IMG/VR virus record: IMGVR_UViG_3300002835_000043
Coordinates: 62,001-118,301 of that record
Direction: 5' to 3' (one strand)
From: an uncultured virus (IMG/VR IMGVR_UViG_3300002835_000043)
Taxonomy: Duplodnaviria; Heunggongvirae; Uroviricota; Caudoviricetes
Length of the DNA stretch: 56,301 nucleotides
The notes beneath the pieces were generated by a model. It was not told where the DNA came from and made no database searches. It was given only the letters and a program-made list of their open reading frames with translations. The position numbers were made by a program, and so were the translations under genes. Positions 1 through 15,972 of this stretch are shown here, piece by piece. Within the stretch, counting starts at the first letter, position 1. Each line of letters opens with the position of its first letter.

Positions 1-3000
1 ACTCAAGTTTATGATACGGTTGGTGGAAGCACAAGAGAAGCAACAGGTATAGTTTTAGCAGTTAGTGAAAGTCCAGATGCTGGTAATTATAAAATTTATG
101 TTGAAATGAAAGGTAGTGATGATTTTGTTACAAATGTAAATCCAAATCCAGCACTCTATTCTAATGTTGGCTTGTTATATGCACCATGTGCTTGCTATGC
201 TATCAAGGGAGTAGTAGTTTTAGACAACTCAACTTGTGGTGAATTTACAACAATTAAATTTACCGAATCTGCAATTTATGGTGAATATACTGCTGGTAAC
301 AGAGTATTCCAATTTGATGTAAACAGTTTACCAATTGATAGTTTAACACCACCAACAAATTTTGTTTCATCGAAGTGTGTAGCAAAAGGAACTGTTGTAT
401 CATGGGATGCAAATACAAGAACACTAATTATTCTACAAGAGAAAAATAAATTTAATAAAGAATCTGGTTGGGTTTTTGAAATAGGAACAGGTATTCATTA
501 TGGTGGTAGAGGTTGGGATTTGGCAAAACACAATGAAAACACAGTATCATCATTCGAAGAAATAGAAAAAGCATCTGGTGTATTTGTTCATGTTTCTGAT
601 TCATATGTTAGTGGAAAAGATTTCGATGAAGATAATGCATTTGGTTCTGCTAAACAAATTATAATTTCAGCAGAACAAAACTTTAAGAAAGGCAAGGAAG
701 CCAGAATTGGTGATATTATAACACAAAGAAATAGCGGTATCACTAGTGAAGGAAAGGTTGTATTCTTTAAGGCTGGTGATGTTGATAATCCTGCAGCAAC
801 CGAAGATGAAAGCACAACAACATTTGTCTTAACACCAAACACACTAAATGGTGTTTCATTGCCATTCTCGTTCAATATCGGAGCACCATCATCTAGTCCA
901 TTATCAATTAAAGGAAGATCTCCATCAGTAACATATGCTGTTGATAGTACAAAGGTTCCAACAGGTGGTTTGGTATCCACAACTGTAACAGGAAATGCAA
1001 AATTAAGACAATTACATAGAATTTCAGAGGAAAGATATAGTGTACACTTATTCGACATTGCAATGTTGAATATTGGTTCTACAACATCAAAATATCCATT
1101 AAATTCTACAACACACATTGCAGATACAAATGAAAATGATTTATTTGCTATAGAAACTGCAAATGGTGTTTCAACAATATATTCACCACAACAAAACACA
1201 CTATTGTTTGATTTACCAGTTGGTGACATTGTTCAAAATGTTAGTGATTTTAAATATAGAATTCAAAGAGACATTAATGTAACAATAAACACTACAAGTA
1301 CAACAAAACTAATAGAGCCAGGTTTACCAGCAAATATAAGATTTATAGGTGGTGCTTCTGGAACAGGTGAAGAAACTGGTAAAGTTGATATGGCAGATCT
1401 TCTAGAGCACTATATCTTCTTAAATACCGATAATGGTAAAGTTTATAACCTATCAGATACAAGATATTTTGATAAGATTATTACAAACAATACAAGTGAA
1501 GGAGCTTCTTCAACCTTAACACTTTATATGAAGCAATCTGGTGGTAATAGAATTTTGCCAGATGGTGATTATAAATTAATCGCAACCATGTCTGTTGGTG
1601 GTTCAACACAAACAGGTGTTGGTATTAGAAGCAAAGTAAAGAAGAGAGCAACAAAGGTACTAACATTCAATTCAAGTGGTGTTCTAACAATACCACAATC
1701 AGATATAATTTCTGTTGATTATATGACAACAACAACTGGTGCAATTTATGATTTAACATATTTTACACTAAATAATGGTCAAACAGATAATATCTATGAT
1801 TATGCAACATTCAAATTGAAACCAGAAAATAATGGTGTATTTATTCTGTCAAATGAACAGGTATTGATAACATACACATATTTCGAACATCAAGGTAATG
1901 GACCAATTGTTGTTAACTCTTATGAATCACACAATGATATTCCGGAATATATAAGTCCCTCTACTAATGAAAAATATAAACTTGATACAGTGATTGATTT
2001 TAGACCATATAGAAACTCATCTGGCACATTGGATGGTATCTATGGTATACCTGTTATAACAGAATCATTTACTGTTGATTATTCATACTATCAGGCTAAG
2101 AACTATAAATTGGTTCTAACTAGAGATAGAAAATTTAAAGTAATTTCAAGTCCTTCATCACTAACCCCGGTTATACCACCAGATGAACCAAATTCAATGA
2201 CTCTCTATACTATAGAGTCACCTGCATATCTTTCAAATATTGGTGATTTGAAGATCACTCCATATAATCATCAAAGATATACAATGAGTGACATTAGAGA
2301 TCTTGAAAGAAGAATTAGTGAATTAGAGCACACAACCAGAATGAATCTTTTGGAAAAGACCGCTAAAGAGCAAAGTATTCCAGATTCAACAACTGGTGAA
2401 GAATTAATCAAAACTTCAATTCTTGTTGATGGATTCTCTGGTCATGGAACAGGTGATACATTAAGTTCTGATTATAACTGTTCTATAGATGTTGGAAACA
2501 ACTTGTTAAGACCACCATTCAAAACAACTGTTATTGGTTTTGATGTAAATACAGCAACTAGCACAAATATCAATATCAATAATACTACAGGATTAGTAAC
2601 TCTTGATTACACAGAGACACCACTAATTATTCAGCCATTATCAAGCACATTAACTACAATAAATGCATTTGCTGATACTGTATGGACAGGTAGAATGAAT
2701 CTCTCACCATCTAGTGATTCTTGGTTTGATGATACAAAGACTCCACAAGTTCTCTCAAATCAAGAAGGTGAAAATGATTCATTTATAAATGTAAAACCAA
2801 GCGTAAAGAATAATAATACCGGAGCATTTGGTACAAATTATGACTCTTGGAGAACATTCTGGCAAGGAATTCCAAGAAGAAAATTTGGTTCAACAAGAGG
2901 AAGTGGTGGTTATCGATTCGGTGCAGGATATAAGAATATTAATGGTGAAAAATTAATTTTCCCCGCTCCTCTACCAGTTTCAGAAACACCAAAACCAACC

Positions 3001-4650
3001 AAAGTAAATGTTGGTGAAAAGGTAGTTGACAAGGATATTATTCCTTTCATGAGAGAAAAAACAATCTCAGTAAGTATTACTGGATTGAAACCAAAAACAT
3101 TAGTATATCCATATTTTGATGGAATAAGAATCGATTCATATTGTAAGATTGGTAGTAATGATTTTGTAAATGGTTCTAATAATAAGACAGATTCCAGTGG
3201 TTCAATTTCATTCACATTCAACTTACCATCTGGTAAATTTAAAGTTGGTGAGAAGTTACTAACTGTAATGGATAATCAATCTGGTAACAGAGAGGCAGCA
3301 CAAACAATAGCAGAATCGAAATATGTTGCAGCAGGTGCAAATACAAATACAAACGATTATTTTGTAAATACAAGACCAGCAATTGTCGATACTCTTAACA
3401 AACCAAAAACACTATTAGCACAAACATTCTTCGTAGATGGTAATAACTATCCACAAGGTGTTTATATTAAGAGTGTTGAGTTGTTCTTCCGTTCAATTGA
3501 CACTCAAAATATACCAGTAACCTTAGAAGTAAGACCAGTTGTATCTGGTTATCCACTAATAGGTGAAGGCTCATATGCATATCCATATGCATCAAAAACT
3601 ATAGTCCCATCAACAAGTTCGATTATACAAGATGGTGTAACACCAACCCCAGGATCAAAAGATGGTTCAGTTGCATCTAATGGAACTAAATTTACATTTG
3701 ATGCTCCAATACATTTGTTGCCAGGAGAACATGCATTGGTATTGAATAGTAATAGTTCTGAATACTCTGTATATTCAGCAGAAATTGGTGAAGTTCAAAT
3801 TAACACTGGAATACCAATCTCAGAACAACCATATTCCGGTAAGATGTATAAGACAAATAATAACACTATTTGGACAGAAATCCAAGGAACAGATTTAATG
3901 TTTGTCATTAATAGATGTGACTTTGAAACAGATGGTCTTTTAGTTCTAAGTGAACCAAACACGAGAAAGTCAAAGGACAATTACTCTGTAGCAAATGTTA
4001 ACATATCTTATGTCGATTTAAACAATACCATAGATGGAATAACATTAGAAACATTAAATGAAAATGCAGCAACTAGAGTATCTGCTTCAATCAAACCAAA
4101 TACAAATATTGATTTTGGTGTAAATAAGAAGATTCTATATAATAGCAGTTCTGTAAGATTGTCTCTAGATTTATCATCCGATGGTATCATAACACCTGTA
4201 ATCGATACAGACAAGATCAGTATGATCTGTGTTAGAAATATGATAACGACACAATCTAGAACAAGTGAAGAATTATTACCAATAGCAACTACTGCTAAGG
4301 CTCGTTATATTACTAAGACAATAACATTGGAGCCTGGTTTAGAATCTACTAATTGTTCAGTGTTCATGAAATTATGCAAACCACAGGGAACAGCAGTGGA
4401 TGTTTACATAAAGAGACAAAAGCAAGGAACTGATTCTGCGTTTATAGAAGAATATTATGAATCAATGACACCAGAATTTGAAAACTTTGTTTCTGCAGAT
4501 GAAAATGACTTTAGAGAAGTAAAATATACAATAAATGCTGACCAAGTTGGTGAAGAATTCTCTAAATTTAATATAAAAATTGTCCTATATAGCACAGATG
4601 AGTCAATAGTTCCAATTGCTAAGGAATTGAGGATTATTTCTACAACATGA
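1..4650 (+). CDS. Large virion structural protein, DUF4815/VrlC-like (5' partial)
   Basis: Frame 1 is open from base 1, upstream of the ATG at 106. Motifs IDFRP, RYTMSDIRDLERRISELE, LVDGFSGH, LAQTFFV and C-terminal VPIAKELRIIS are typical of the large structural protein of marine/freshwater T4-likes. Confidence 0.8.
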   Translation, partial: TQVYDTVGGSTREATGIVLAVSESPDAGNYKIYVEMKGSDDFVTNVNPNPALYSNVGLLYAPCACYAIKGVVVLDNSTCGEFTTIKFTESAIYGEYTAGNRVFQFDVNSLPIDSLTPPTNFVSSKCVAKGTVVSWDANTRTLIILQEKNKFNKESGWVFEIGTGIHYGGRGWDLAKHNENTVSSFEEIEKASGVFVHVSDSYVSGKDFDEDNAFGSAKQIIISAEQNFKKGKEARIGDIITQRNSGITSEGKVVFFKAGDVDNPAATEDESTTTFVLTPNTLNGVSLPFSFNIGAPSSSPLSIKGRSPSVTYAVDSTKVPTGGLVSTTVTGNAKLRQLHRISEERYSVHLFDIAMLNIGSTTSKYPLNSTTHIADTNENDLFAIETANGVSTIYSPQQNTLLFDLPVGDIVQNVSDFKYRIQRDINVTINTTSTTKLIEPGLPANIRFIGGASGTGEETGKVDMADLLEHYIFLNTDNGKVYNLSDTRYFDKIITNNTSEGASSTLTLYMKQSGGNRILPDGDYKLIATMSVGGSTQTGVGIRSKVKKRATKVLTFNSSGVLTIPQSDIISVDYMTTTTGAIYDLTYFTLNNGQTDNIYDYATFKLKPENNGVFILSNEQVLITYTYFEHQGNGPIVVNSYESHNDIPEYISPSTNEKYKLDTVIDFRPYRNSSGTLDGIYGIPVITESFTVDYSYYQAKNYKLVLTRDRKFKVISSPSSLTPVIPPDEPNSMTLYTIESPAYLSNIGDLKITPYNHQRYTMSDIRDLERRISELEHTTRMNLLEKTAKEQSIPDSTTGEELIKTSILVDGFSGHGTGDTLSSDYNCSIDVGNNLLRPPFKTTVIGFDVNTATSTNININNTTGLVTLDYTETPLIIQPLSSTLTTINAFADTVWTGRMNLSPSSDSWFDDTKTPQVLSNQEGENDSFINVKPSVKNNNTGAFGTNYDSWRTFWQGIPRRKFGSTRGSGGYRFGAGYKNINGEKLIFPAPLPVSETPKPTKVNVGEKVVDKDIIPFMREKTISVSITGLKPKTLVYPYFDGIRIDSYCKIGSNDFVNGSNNKTDSSGSISFTFNLPSGKFKVGEKLLTVMDNQSGNREAAQTIAESKYVAAGANTNTNDYFVNTRPAIVDTLNKPKTLLAQTFFVDGNNYPQGVYIKSVELFFRSIDTQNIPVTLEVRPVVSGYPLIGEGSYAYPYASKTIVPSTSSIIQDGVTPTPGSKDGSVASNGTKFTFDAPIHLLPGEHALVLNSNSSEYSVYSAEIGEVQINTGIPISEQPYSGKMYKTNNNTIWTEIQGTDLMFVINRCDFETDGLLVLSEPNTRKSKDNYSVANVNISYVDLNNTIDGITLETLNENAATRVSASIKPNTNIDFGVNKKILYNSSSVRLSLDLSSDGIITPVIDTDKISMICVRNMITTQSRTSEELLPIATTAKARYITKTITLEPGLESTNCSVFMKLCKPQGTAVDVYIKRQKQGTDSAFIEEYYESMTPEFENFVSADENDFREVKYTINADQVGEEFSKFNIKIVLYSTDESIVPIAKELRIISTT

Positions 4651-4868
4651 ACCAAAAAATAAGAGTTGAAGGACAACCCAATTTATGCCGTGATAAATAT
4701 TCAAGAGCACTTTTGAATACTAATGTCAATGAAGTTATTACGGCTAAAAATAGAAGAAAAGAAAGAGAAAGATTAAGCGGTTTAGAAGAAACAGTAGGAT
4801 CACTAAAGCAGGATATAACCGAATTGAAAGATTTGTTAAACAATCTAATACGGGAAATTAAGAAATGA
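4647..4868 (+). CDS. Small coiled-coil protein conserved downstream of the DUF4815 gene
   Basis: RVEGQPNLCRD...ALLNTN followed by a heptad-like LKQDITELKDLL; ATGA overlaps on both sides. Confidence 0.7.
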   Translation: MNQKIRVEGQPNLCRDKYSRALLNTNVNEVITAKNRRKERERLSGLEETVGSLKQDITELKDLLNNLIREIKK

Positions 4869-7800
4869 GTAATACAGACGGAAGCGATCTAGTACAAGAC
4901 ATAACAAAATTAGCATTAAGTGATAATTTTTATACTTGGTTTACAACAACTAACCAAATAATTGATGCTATCAATCCATTAAATATTTACGATATTACTC
5001 CAAGAAAAGGTCTTAATGAGACTCGTTCCGGTGGAAATGTAATACTCGATGTTGAAACTGGTAAAGGTCTTAAAGCATATCCCAATGATGCTATTGGTGC
5101 TCTAACATTAGATATTGAAAATCTTACATCAGAATCCTCTGTTTCAAATTTAGATTATTTTGTAATAGAAAAGCCAGGAACAGAACCAAGTAATGATCTT
5201 TTTAAGGTTCTCGCTTCCAATATTCTACCACCAACCCTATCCGGTAATCATGAATTTACTGGAACTATAACTGTAAATGCACTAAATGTTAAAGACAATG
5301 CTCTTAGATTACAATATGATGATGCCACAACAGATAATGATTCTGGTTTGATTCTTGATACAACATCAAGTTCAAAAGTAAAATTCACATATAATACAAC
5401 CAAGTCTGCTTGGTTCTCAAATAGAAATATAGGTTTACAAGATGGCTATGCTTTCTTGACAAATGGTACAGGAAGAAGAGCAGAATTCAAGTATACAACA
5501 AGTGGATCAACACAATATGATGTTGCACTTGAAATGTTCATGGGTGTTGATAGCACAAATAATGATGATAAATCTTGGATAATTGAAGCAAGAAATGTTG
5601 ATAGAGCTCTTAATTTTATATACAAAGATTATACAAATACTGATACCGAAACTAGAGTATTCTATGCAACAGTAGAAACTACAAATCCAGTTACAAGTAC
5701 ATTCGTTGTAACAGATAAAATCCAAATTGGTAATGTTTTAGGTTCAACAACCAATTTCAAGACAGTTACAGATTACTCAACAAGTATAATTCCAATTAGT
5801 AACTCAAATGGTATTCTAGATTCTAAGTGGACAAACCGTTATATAACTTCTAATTATTCTGCAGGATTGGAAGTTGGTAATGTTGTAAAAATATACAACG
5901 ATACAAACAATCAAGCAACAGTAGTTAAATGTTCATTAACTTCTTCATCAGAAGAATCAGAAGCATATTCTATTGGTATTGTTGAAAGAATAAGTGGTGG
6001 TAAAATTTGGGTAGTAACTCATGGTGAGTTCGTACTAAGTAATATCCCAGGATCTTATTCAAATCTTGATGTTGGTGCAGTTTATTATTTAACAAGTGGT
6101 TCACCAAATTATACTCTAACAAAACCAGCAAGTGGCATAGTAAAGCCAGTATTTGTTGCAACAAGTACAACTGGTGGTATATTCTTCCCAGTTAGTGCTC
6201 AAGGACTTTCTTTTGGAAGATTCAATGCAGTTGCTTCAAGCGGTGGTACTTTAGTAAGTGGTGCTGAAGTGACAGCAGACGCACCAAATGATGTATTTAC
6301 AATAGATGCAGGTTCAGGTATTACATTACAAACAGTTCCTGGATCAAATAAAATAGTGATAAGTGCCTCTACACTTGGTAATCAACCAACATATTCAACT
6401 ATTTCTACAGATAGCGGAGGAAGTGTTTCAGCGTTTTATCCAAGTGAAACTCTTCTATTAACAGGTAATGGTGGTGGTATAGAGGTAGTTGCAGATAATA
6501 AAGTAGATACAAACGGCGACAAGATCACAATTAAAGGTAAGTATTTTAGAACAGTTTCTTGGATTGGTGATAGTAGTACAAATGACATTCCTGGTAGTAA
6601 AACTGCAACTTATGATGACAATCTTCAAATTTATGCAGGAACCGGTATAGGAATTAGAGAATATCTTGGAGTCGGTGGTGGTTTATTAATAGAGGCAACA
6701 GGTCAATCTGTAGCAAGTGTTTCAAACGGTAGCATAACAATAACAAAGCTTGCAACATTTAATCCAAATTCTGTTTTGATTGGTAATTCTAGCGGAACAC
6801 CAACTTTACAAGTTACAACTAATAATTCAATTTTAAGTGCAAATTCTTCTGGTGTAATTTCGTGGGATACACCAACAACATTATTACAAGACAAATTTGC
6901 TAAAACAGGTTTTGATACTGGTTATCCGACAGCAAAACAAAATAACTTTGGTATAACACCTACAAGAAATTTTGGTATAGTACGAATACCAAGAAACGCT
7001 ACAACTATAGGAACAACACAAGATTATGAAATACCAGCGTTTAGATTTACAACTACAAATTCTATAAATGGTGCTCTGATTGGTCTTCAAGAGGGAGATG
7101 GCATTGAACTTGCAGTAAATAATACTGTAGCAGATATTATTTCTGGTATTCCATCAATCAAGATAACAAATAAATATGGTTCAGCATTTAGTAAAGTTTA
7201 TATTGCTGATACTGGTGAAACAATAGAATCAAATGGTACATCAACAGTCACATATAGCAACTATTTCTTGAATAGTAATGTAATGACTTCAATAACTTGG
7301 CTTAGATATAGAGATGGACAAGCAGCAGATTCTTCAATTGGTGCTGCTACAACAAATATTGCAGGAAAAGAAACAGAAAGTTCGATTACATTTACTGATG
7401 GTATAATAACTTCAACCACAGGAACAAAAGTAACTTTCGTAAATAATTCATCATTAACTTCAAATTTAAATAATGGTATTTTTGCAAATTTTTGTAAACC
7501 CGGTACAAGCACAAATTGGAACGCAACAGAAACTGAAGGTAAATATCTTACAATTTCTGTATATGTTGCTACTTTATCTGGTACTCAATCATTTAAAATT
7601 GGTTACTATCACGGAAAAAAAGCAGGATTTGTCAACACTGCAGCACCAACATATTCACCGGATTTTACAGCAACAACAACTCCACAAAGATTTACTTTTA
7701 CAGTTAAAGCACAACCATCCACTACTGTCAGTGCAAGTACAACAGAAATACCACCAAATATTAATATTTCTCAACCATTTGGTACAATAAATGGTGGTAG

Positions 7801-9646
7801 TGTTGTAGTTTGGGGTGCTCAAGTAGAAGAAGGAAGAACAGCAAATTCTCTAATTTCAACAACTTCAACTGCTCTTTCCGTAACCAGAATTGAAACACAA
7901 AGTCATGGAACTTTAAGATTTGATACTACCTCTTCACCAATACTTTTGGATTCTGATACAAATTCAGATACAATTTACTTTAAGATAGCAACGAATGGAA
8001 TAACAAATAATTATCTTGCTACAATGGCAGATAATACAGTAAAGGTTGGCACAGGTTCAACAAATTCTGATAATACACCACAGGATCTGTCAATAGGTAC
8101 TAATAGTGTTCTAGGAAGAGTTGGTAATGGTGATCTAAAATCTGTATCTGCATCTGAATTGGCAACAATGATTGGTGCAAATTATTTTACAAGTATAGAA
8201 ACTGATGCCGGAACAGTAACACCAAGTGAAACTAATATTATTAAACTAAAAGGTGGAAGTGGTATTACTGTAACAGAAAGTACAGATCATCAAATTATTA
8301 TTACAAATACTGGTGGTACTGGTGGGACTGGAAGTATATCTCTCGTTGGTGATTGGGATGGCACTAGGACAAACAGTTCTGCATCCTCAAAAGAAAAATT
8401 ATTGTTTTCGGATGGTGATTTAGAATATACTATTTCCTCACTTGACAATTTTACAGCATTAATTTCTTCATCAATAAGATGGTCTGGATTAACTTCTACT
8501 ATCAATGGTGGGGCAGGATTCTTATATGGTTTTGGTACAGCAACTGTAAATAAAGATGCAATAGTCAGTAAATTTGTGCCAGTAAATGCTTCATCCGGTT
8601 CACAATTACCAGTAATAGACGCTGCAACTGGTAACTTAACTTATGTAAATTCTTTTGGAGCAGGATCAACTGCAATTACACATGTAGTAGGACTTACAGG
8701 TGGTGGAACTTTAGTTGCTACAAGCAATTTCATCAGTACTCTATCATTTACAAATATAAGTAATTTGTCATTCTCTGGTACTACGATTACTGCAAGCACT
8801 GCAGCAGCAACAACTTTCCCAATAATTGCAAGTAACGGTGGAGTGTATACAAACGGAAATGCAAATATTGGTATTAGTATGCCAACTGGTAGTTCTTCAC
8901 TACATCTAGGAAGAGACACTGTTCTTGTTTCAACATGGTCTGGTGGTGATTTTATCACACAATTAGGTCTTGGTGGTTCTGGATTTACGGTTGCATCTGG
9001 AGTAACAGCACCTCCAAGTTCTACTATAAAGACAAGATTCTTTGGTAGTTCTGCTTGGGCAAATCTATCTGCTGCAAGTTCTCCAAGAATTTGTATGCCC
9101 AATTTCTTAATCGGGACTGGTCCAGATTCAAATTCAGATACTCTTGGTAATGGTGTCTATCTAAGAAATGATACAACAAATAATGGTTTAATCTTTACTA
9201 ACTATAATTTATCAACAAATACTGGTAAAACAATACAAAAAGATAGAAGTTGTCGTTTAGGTTTAGAAGTATTGGATGTTGATACTGGTACTACTGCATA
9301 TGCAAATTCTAAGAATACTGCATATTTAACACATACATTCATACCAAGAGCAACAAGTGCAACTACCGTTGATCAATTCCTTATTCCAAATAATTCAAAG
9401 AAATCCTATAAATATTTCATACATGTAGAAAATGCATCAGGTGATTTCTATACAACAGAATTATTGATTCAAGTTAAAGGAACCACAACAAATATAGTTC
9501 AATATGCATCATCCAGTACATCGACATCATTATCAGTGAATTTTTCAATTTCCGCTACAGCAGGTGGTAGTGAAACAACTGTTACACTCACACATAGTAA
9601 TACACCAGGAAGTTTAGATATCAAACTATTGAAGTACGAAGTCTAA
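4865..9646 (+). CDS. Large Ser/Thr/Gly-rich fibre or baseplate-associated structural protein (1593 aa)
   Basis: N-terminal SDNFYTWFTTTN motif, repeated (F)x-I...GxGI spacer units, an internal WGAQVEEG module, and C-terminal KSYKYFIHV...TELLI domain. Confidence 0.65.
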   Translation: MSNTDGSDLVQDITKLALSDNFYTWFTTTNQIIDAINPLNIYDITPRKGLNETRSGGNVILDVETGKGLKAYPNDAIGALTLDIENLTSESSVSNLDYFVIEKPGTEPSNDLFKVLASNILPPTLSGNHEFTGTITVNALNVKDNALRLQYDDATTDNDSGLILDTTSSSKVKFTYNTTKSAWFSNRNIGLQDGYAFLTNGTGRRAEFKYTTSGSTQYDVALEMFMGVDSTNNDDKSWIIEARNVDRALNFIYKDYTNTDTETRVFYATVETTNPVTSTFVVTDKIQIGNVLGSTTNFKTVTDYSTSIIPISNSNGILDSKWTNRYITSNYSAGLEVGNVVKIYNDTNNQATVVKCSLTSSSEESEAYSIGIVERISGGKIWVVTHGEFVLSNIPGSYSNLDVGAVYYLTSGSPNYTLTKPASGIVKPVFVATSTTGGIFFPVSAQGLSFGRFNAVASSGGTLVSGAEVTADAPNDVFTIDAGSGITLQTVPGSNKIVISASTLGNQPTYSTISTDSGGSVSAFYPSETLLLTGNGGGIEVVADNKVDTNGDKITIKGKYFRTVSWIGDSSTNDIPGSKTATYDDNLQIYAGTGIGIREYLGVGGGLLIEATGQSVASVSNGSITITKLATFNPNSVLIGNSSGTPTLQVTTNNSILSANSSGVISWDTPTTLLQDKFAKTGFDTGYPTAKQNNFGITPTRNFGIVRIPRNATTIGTTQDYEIPAFRFTTTNSINGALIGLQEGDGIELAVNNTVADIISGIPSIKITNKYGSAFSKVYIADTGETIESNGTSTVTYSNYFLNSNVMTSITWLRYRDGQAADSSIGAATTNIAGKETESSITFTDGIITSTTGTKVTFVNNSSLTSNLNNGIFANFCKPGTSTNWNATETEGKYLTISVYVATLSGTQSFKIGYYHGKKAGFVNTAAPTYSPDFTATTTPQRFTFTVKAQPSTTVSASTTEIPPNINISQPFGTINGGSVVVWGAQVEEGRTANSLISTTSTALSVTRIETQSHGTLRFDTTSSPILLDSDTNSDTIYFKIATNGITNNYLATMADNTVKVGTGSTNSDNTPQDLSIGTNSVLGRVGNGDLKSVSASELATMIGANYFTSIETDAGTVTPSETNIIKLKGGSGITVTESTDHQIIITNTGGTGGTGSISLVGDWDGTRTNSSASSKEKLLFSDGDLEYTISSLDNFTALISSSIRWSGLTSTINGGAGFLYGFGTATVNKDAIVSKFVPVNASSGSQLPVIDAATGNLTYVNSFGAGSTAITHVVGLTGGGTLVATSNFISTLSFTNISNLSFSGTTITASTAAATTFPIIASNGGVYTNGNANIGISMPTGSSSLHLGRDTVLVSTWSGGDFITQLGLGGSGFTVASGVTAPPSSTIKTRFFGSSAWANLSAASSPRICMPNFLIGTGPDSNSDTLGNGVYLRNDTTNNGLIFTNYNLSTNTGKTIQKDRSCRLGLEVLDVDTGTTAYANSKNTAYLTHTFIPRATSATTVDQFLIPNNSKKSYKYFIHVENASGDFYTTELLIQVKGTTTNIVQYASSSTSTSLSVNFSISATAGGSETTVTLTHSNTPGSLDIKLLKYEV

Positions 9647-9647
9647 T

Positions 9648-14756
<5,109 letters not shown>

Positions 14757-14769
14757 CAAAGGAAACCAC

Positions 14770-15537
14770 ATGGGAAACACTTCATTTAATTCAAATTATG
14801 GATTCGATTTAGGAAATATAAGTAATATATTAATTTCCGGTGCTAGTTCCACAGCAGATCAAGTTTTAGTGTTAAAATCAGATGCTACTGGAAAATTTAG
14901 ATTAGAACCACAAGCATTAAACTCAGTTGGTTCAGCGGATTCAATAACTATAACACCAACTAGTGGTAGTTCTTATTATAAAAAAGAAGTATTTTCTAAT
15001 TCAATGACAAACACTACTACATTCGGTACACTAAAAAGTTATAATTTTAATATAGGTACATCAAAAACTAAATTATATCTTACTGTAAAAATGGATCTTA
15101 TGGCACAAGGGACTATTGGATCTGTTTTTCAATATTATCATTTTACAACAGGATATAATATAGTATCAGATAGAACTGGTGCTAGTAACTTTATTTTTAG
15201 ACATATACCAGGTCATTTTTCTTATATTTTTAATAAAGGCAGTGGTGCAAATAATTCTACTATTGCTGCAGTTGGACCAGATAAACAATTTCAAAATTTT
15301 GCATCTATACCAACAGTATCAGAATTGATGTTACAACCAAAATTCTCTACAATAACAACTCCACTAGATTCTACAATAATTGCAAATTATCCAAAGATAA
15401 TACACAGTATAAATACTGGTAACACAAATAGCACTACAGATGATACTTTGAACTTGACAATTCAAGGAAGAAGTATAAGATCTAGTGAAAACATTGAGTG
15501 GTTTGGTACTGTTGAGTTTTTTGCATCTATAGCATAA
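14770..15537 (+). CDS. Hypothetical structural protein (beta-rich, possibly fibre-associated)
   Basis: 255-aa ORF with AAGGA RBS; ends LNLTIQG...IEWFGTVEFF. Confidence 0.5.
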   Translation: MGNTSFNSNYGFDLGNISNILISGASSTADQVLVLKSDATGKFRLEPQALNSVGSADSITITPTSGSSYYKKEVFSNSMTNTTTFGTLKSYNFNIGTSKTKLYLTVKMDLMAQGTIGSVFQYYHFTTGYNIVSDRTGASNFIFRHIPGHFSYIFNKGSGANNSTIAAVGPDKQFQNFASIPTVSELMLQPKFSTITTPLDSTIIANYPKIIHSINTGNTNSTTDDTLNLTIQGRSIRSSENIEWFGTVEFFASIA

Positions 15538-15551
15538 AAGGAGATTTAAAA

Positions 15552-15908
15552 ATGAAGGTTAAGTTAGTTGAAGTTTATAATTCTGTTTCTGTCATGAACA
15601 AGATACTAGATGCTGAATTACCAGCATCAGTGGCATTTAAGTTAACAAAGTTACTAAAGTCTTTAAATGATGAGATTAAGTCAATAGAAGACCAAAGAGT
15701 TAAATTGGTATCAAAGCATGGTCAAAAGGATGAAAATGGCTCTGTTTCGGTATCAGAGGCAAATAAAGAAGAATTTATGAAGGAATTTGGAGAATTACTA
15801 TCTACGGAGATCGAAATTCAATGGGAACCAGTTTCTGTTGAAAAATTCGATGGACTCAACTTATCTGCAAATGATTTGTTAAAAGTCGGATTCTTATTCT
15901 CAGAATAA
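15552..15908 (+). CDS. DUF1617-like helical protein, possible tail fibre chaperone
   Basis: AGGAG RBS; LPASVAFKLTKLLK...EDQRVKLVSKHG pattern; follows the fibre genes. Confidence 0.55.
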   Translation: MKVKLVEVYNSVSVMNKILDAELPASVAFKLTKLLKSLNDEIKSIEDQRVKLVSKHGQKDENGSVSVSEANKEEFMKEFGELLSTEIEIQWEPVSVEKFDGLNLSANDLLKVGFLFSE

Positions 15909-15932
15909 GCATTTTTCTTAAAAACTAAGAAG

Positions 15933-15972
15933 TCTCCTCTTTATAAATAACAGATAAAGAGGAGATTTTTTT
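15933..15972 (+). terminator. Hairpin plus T-tract (intrinsic terminator-like) that also pairs the gp13 RBS
   Basis: Perfect 12-bp inverted repeat tctcctctttat (15933-15944) / ataaagaggaga (15954-15965), then T7. Confidence 0.75.
15942..15949 (+). promoter_or_regulatory. T4-type late promoter TATAAATA (gp13)
   Basis: Exact consensus ending 23 nt upstream of the gp13 ATG. Confidence 0.85.
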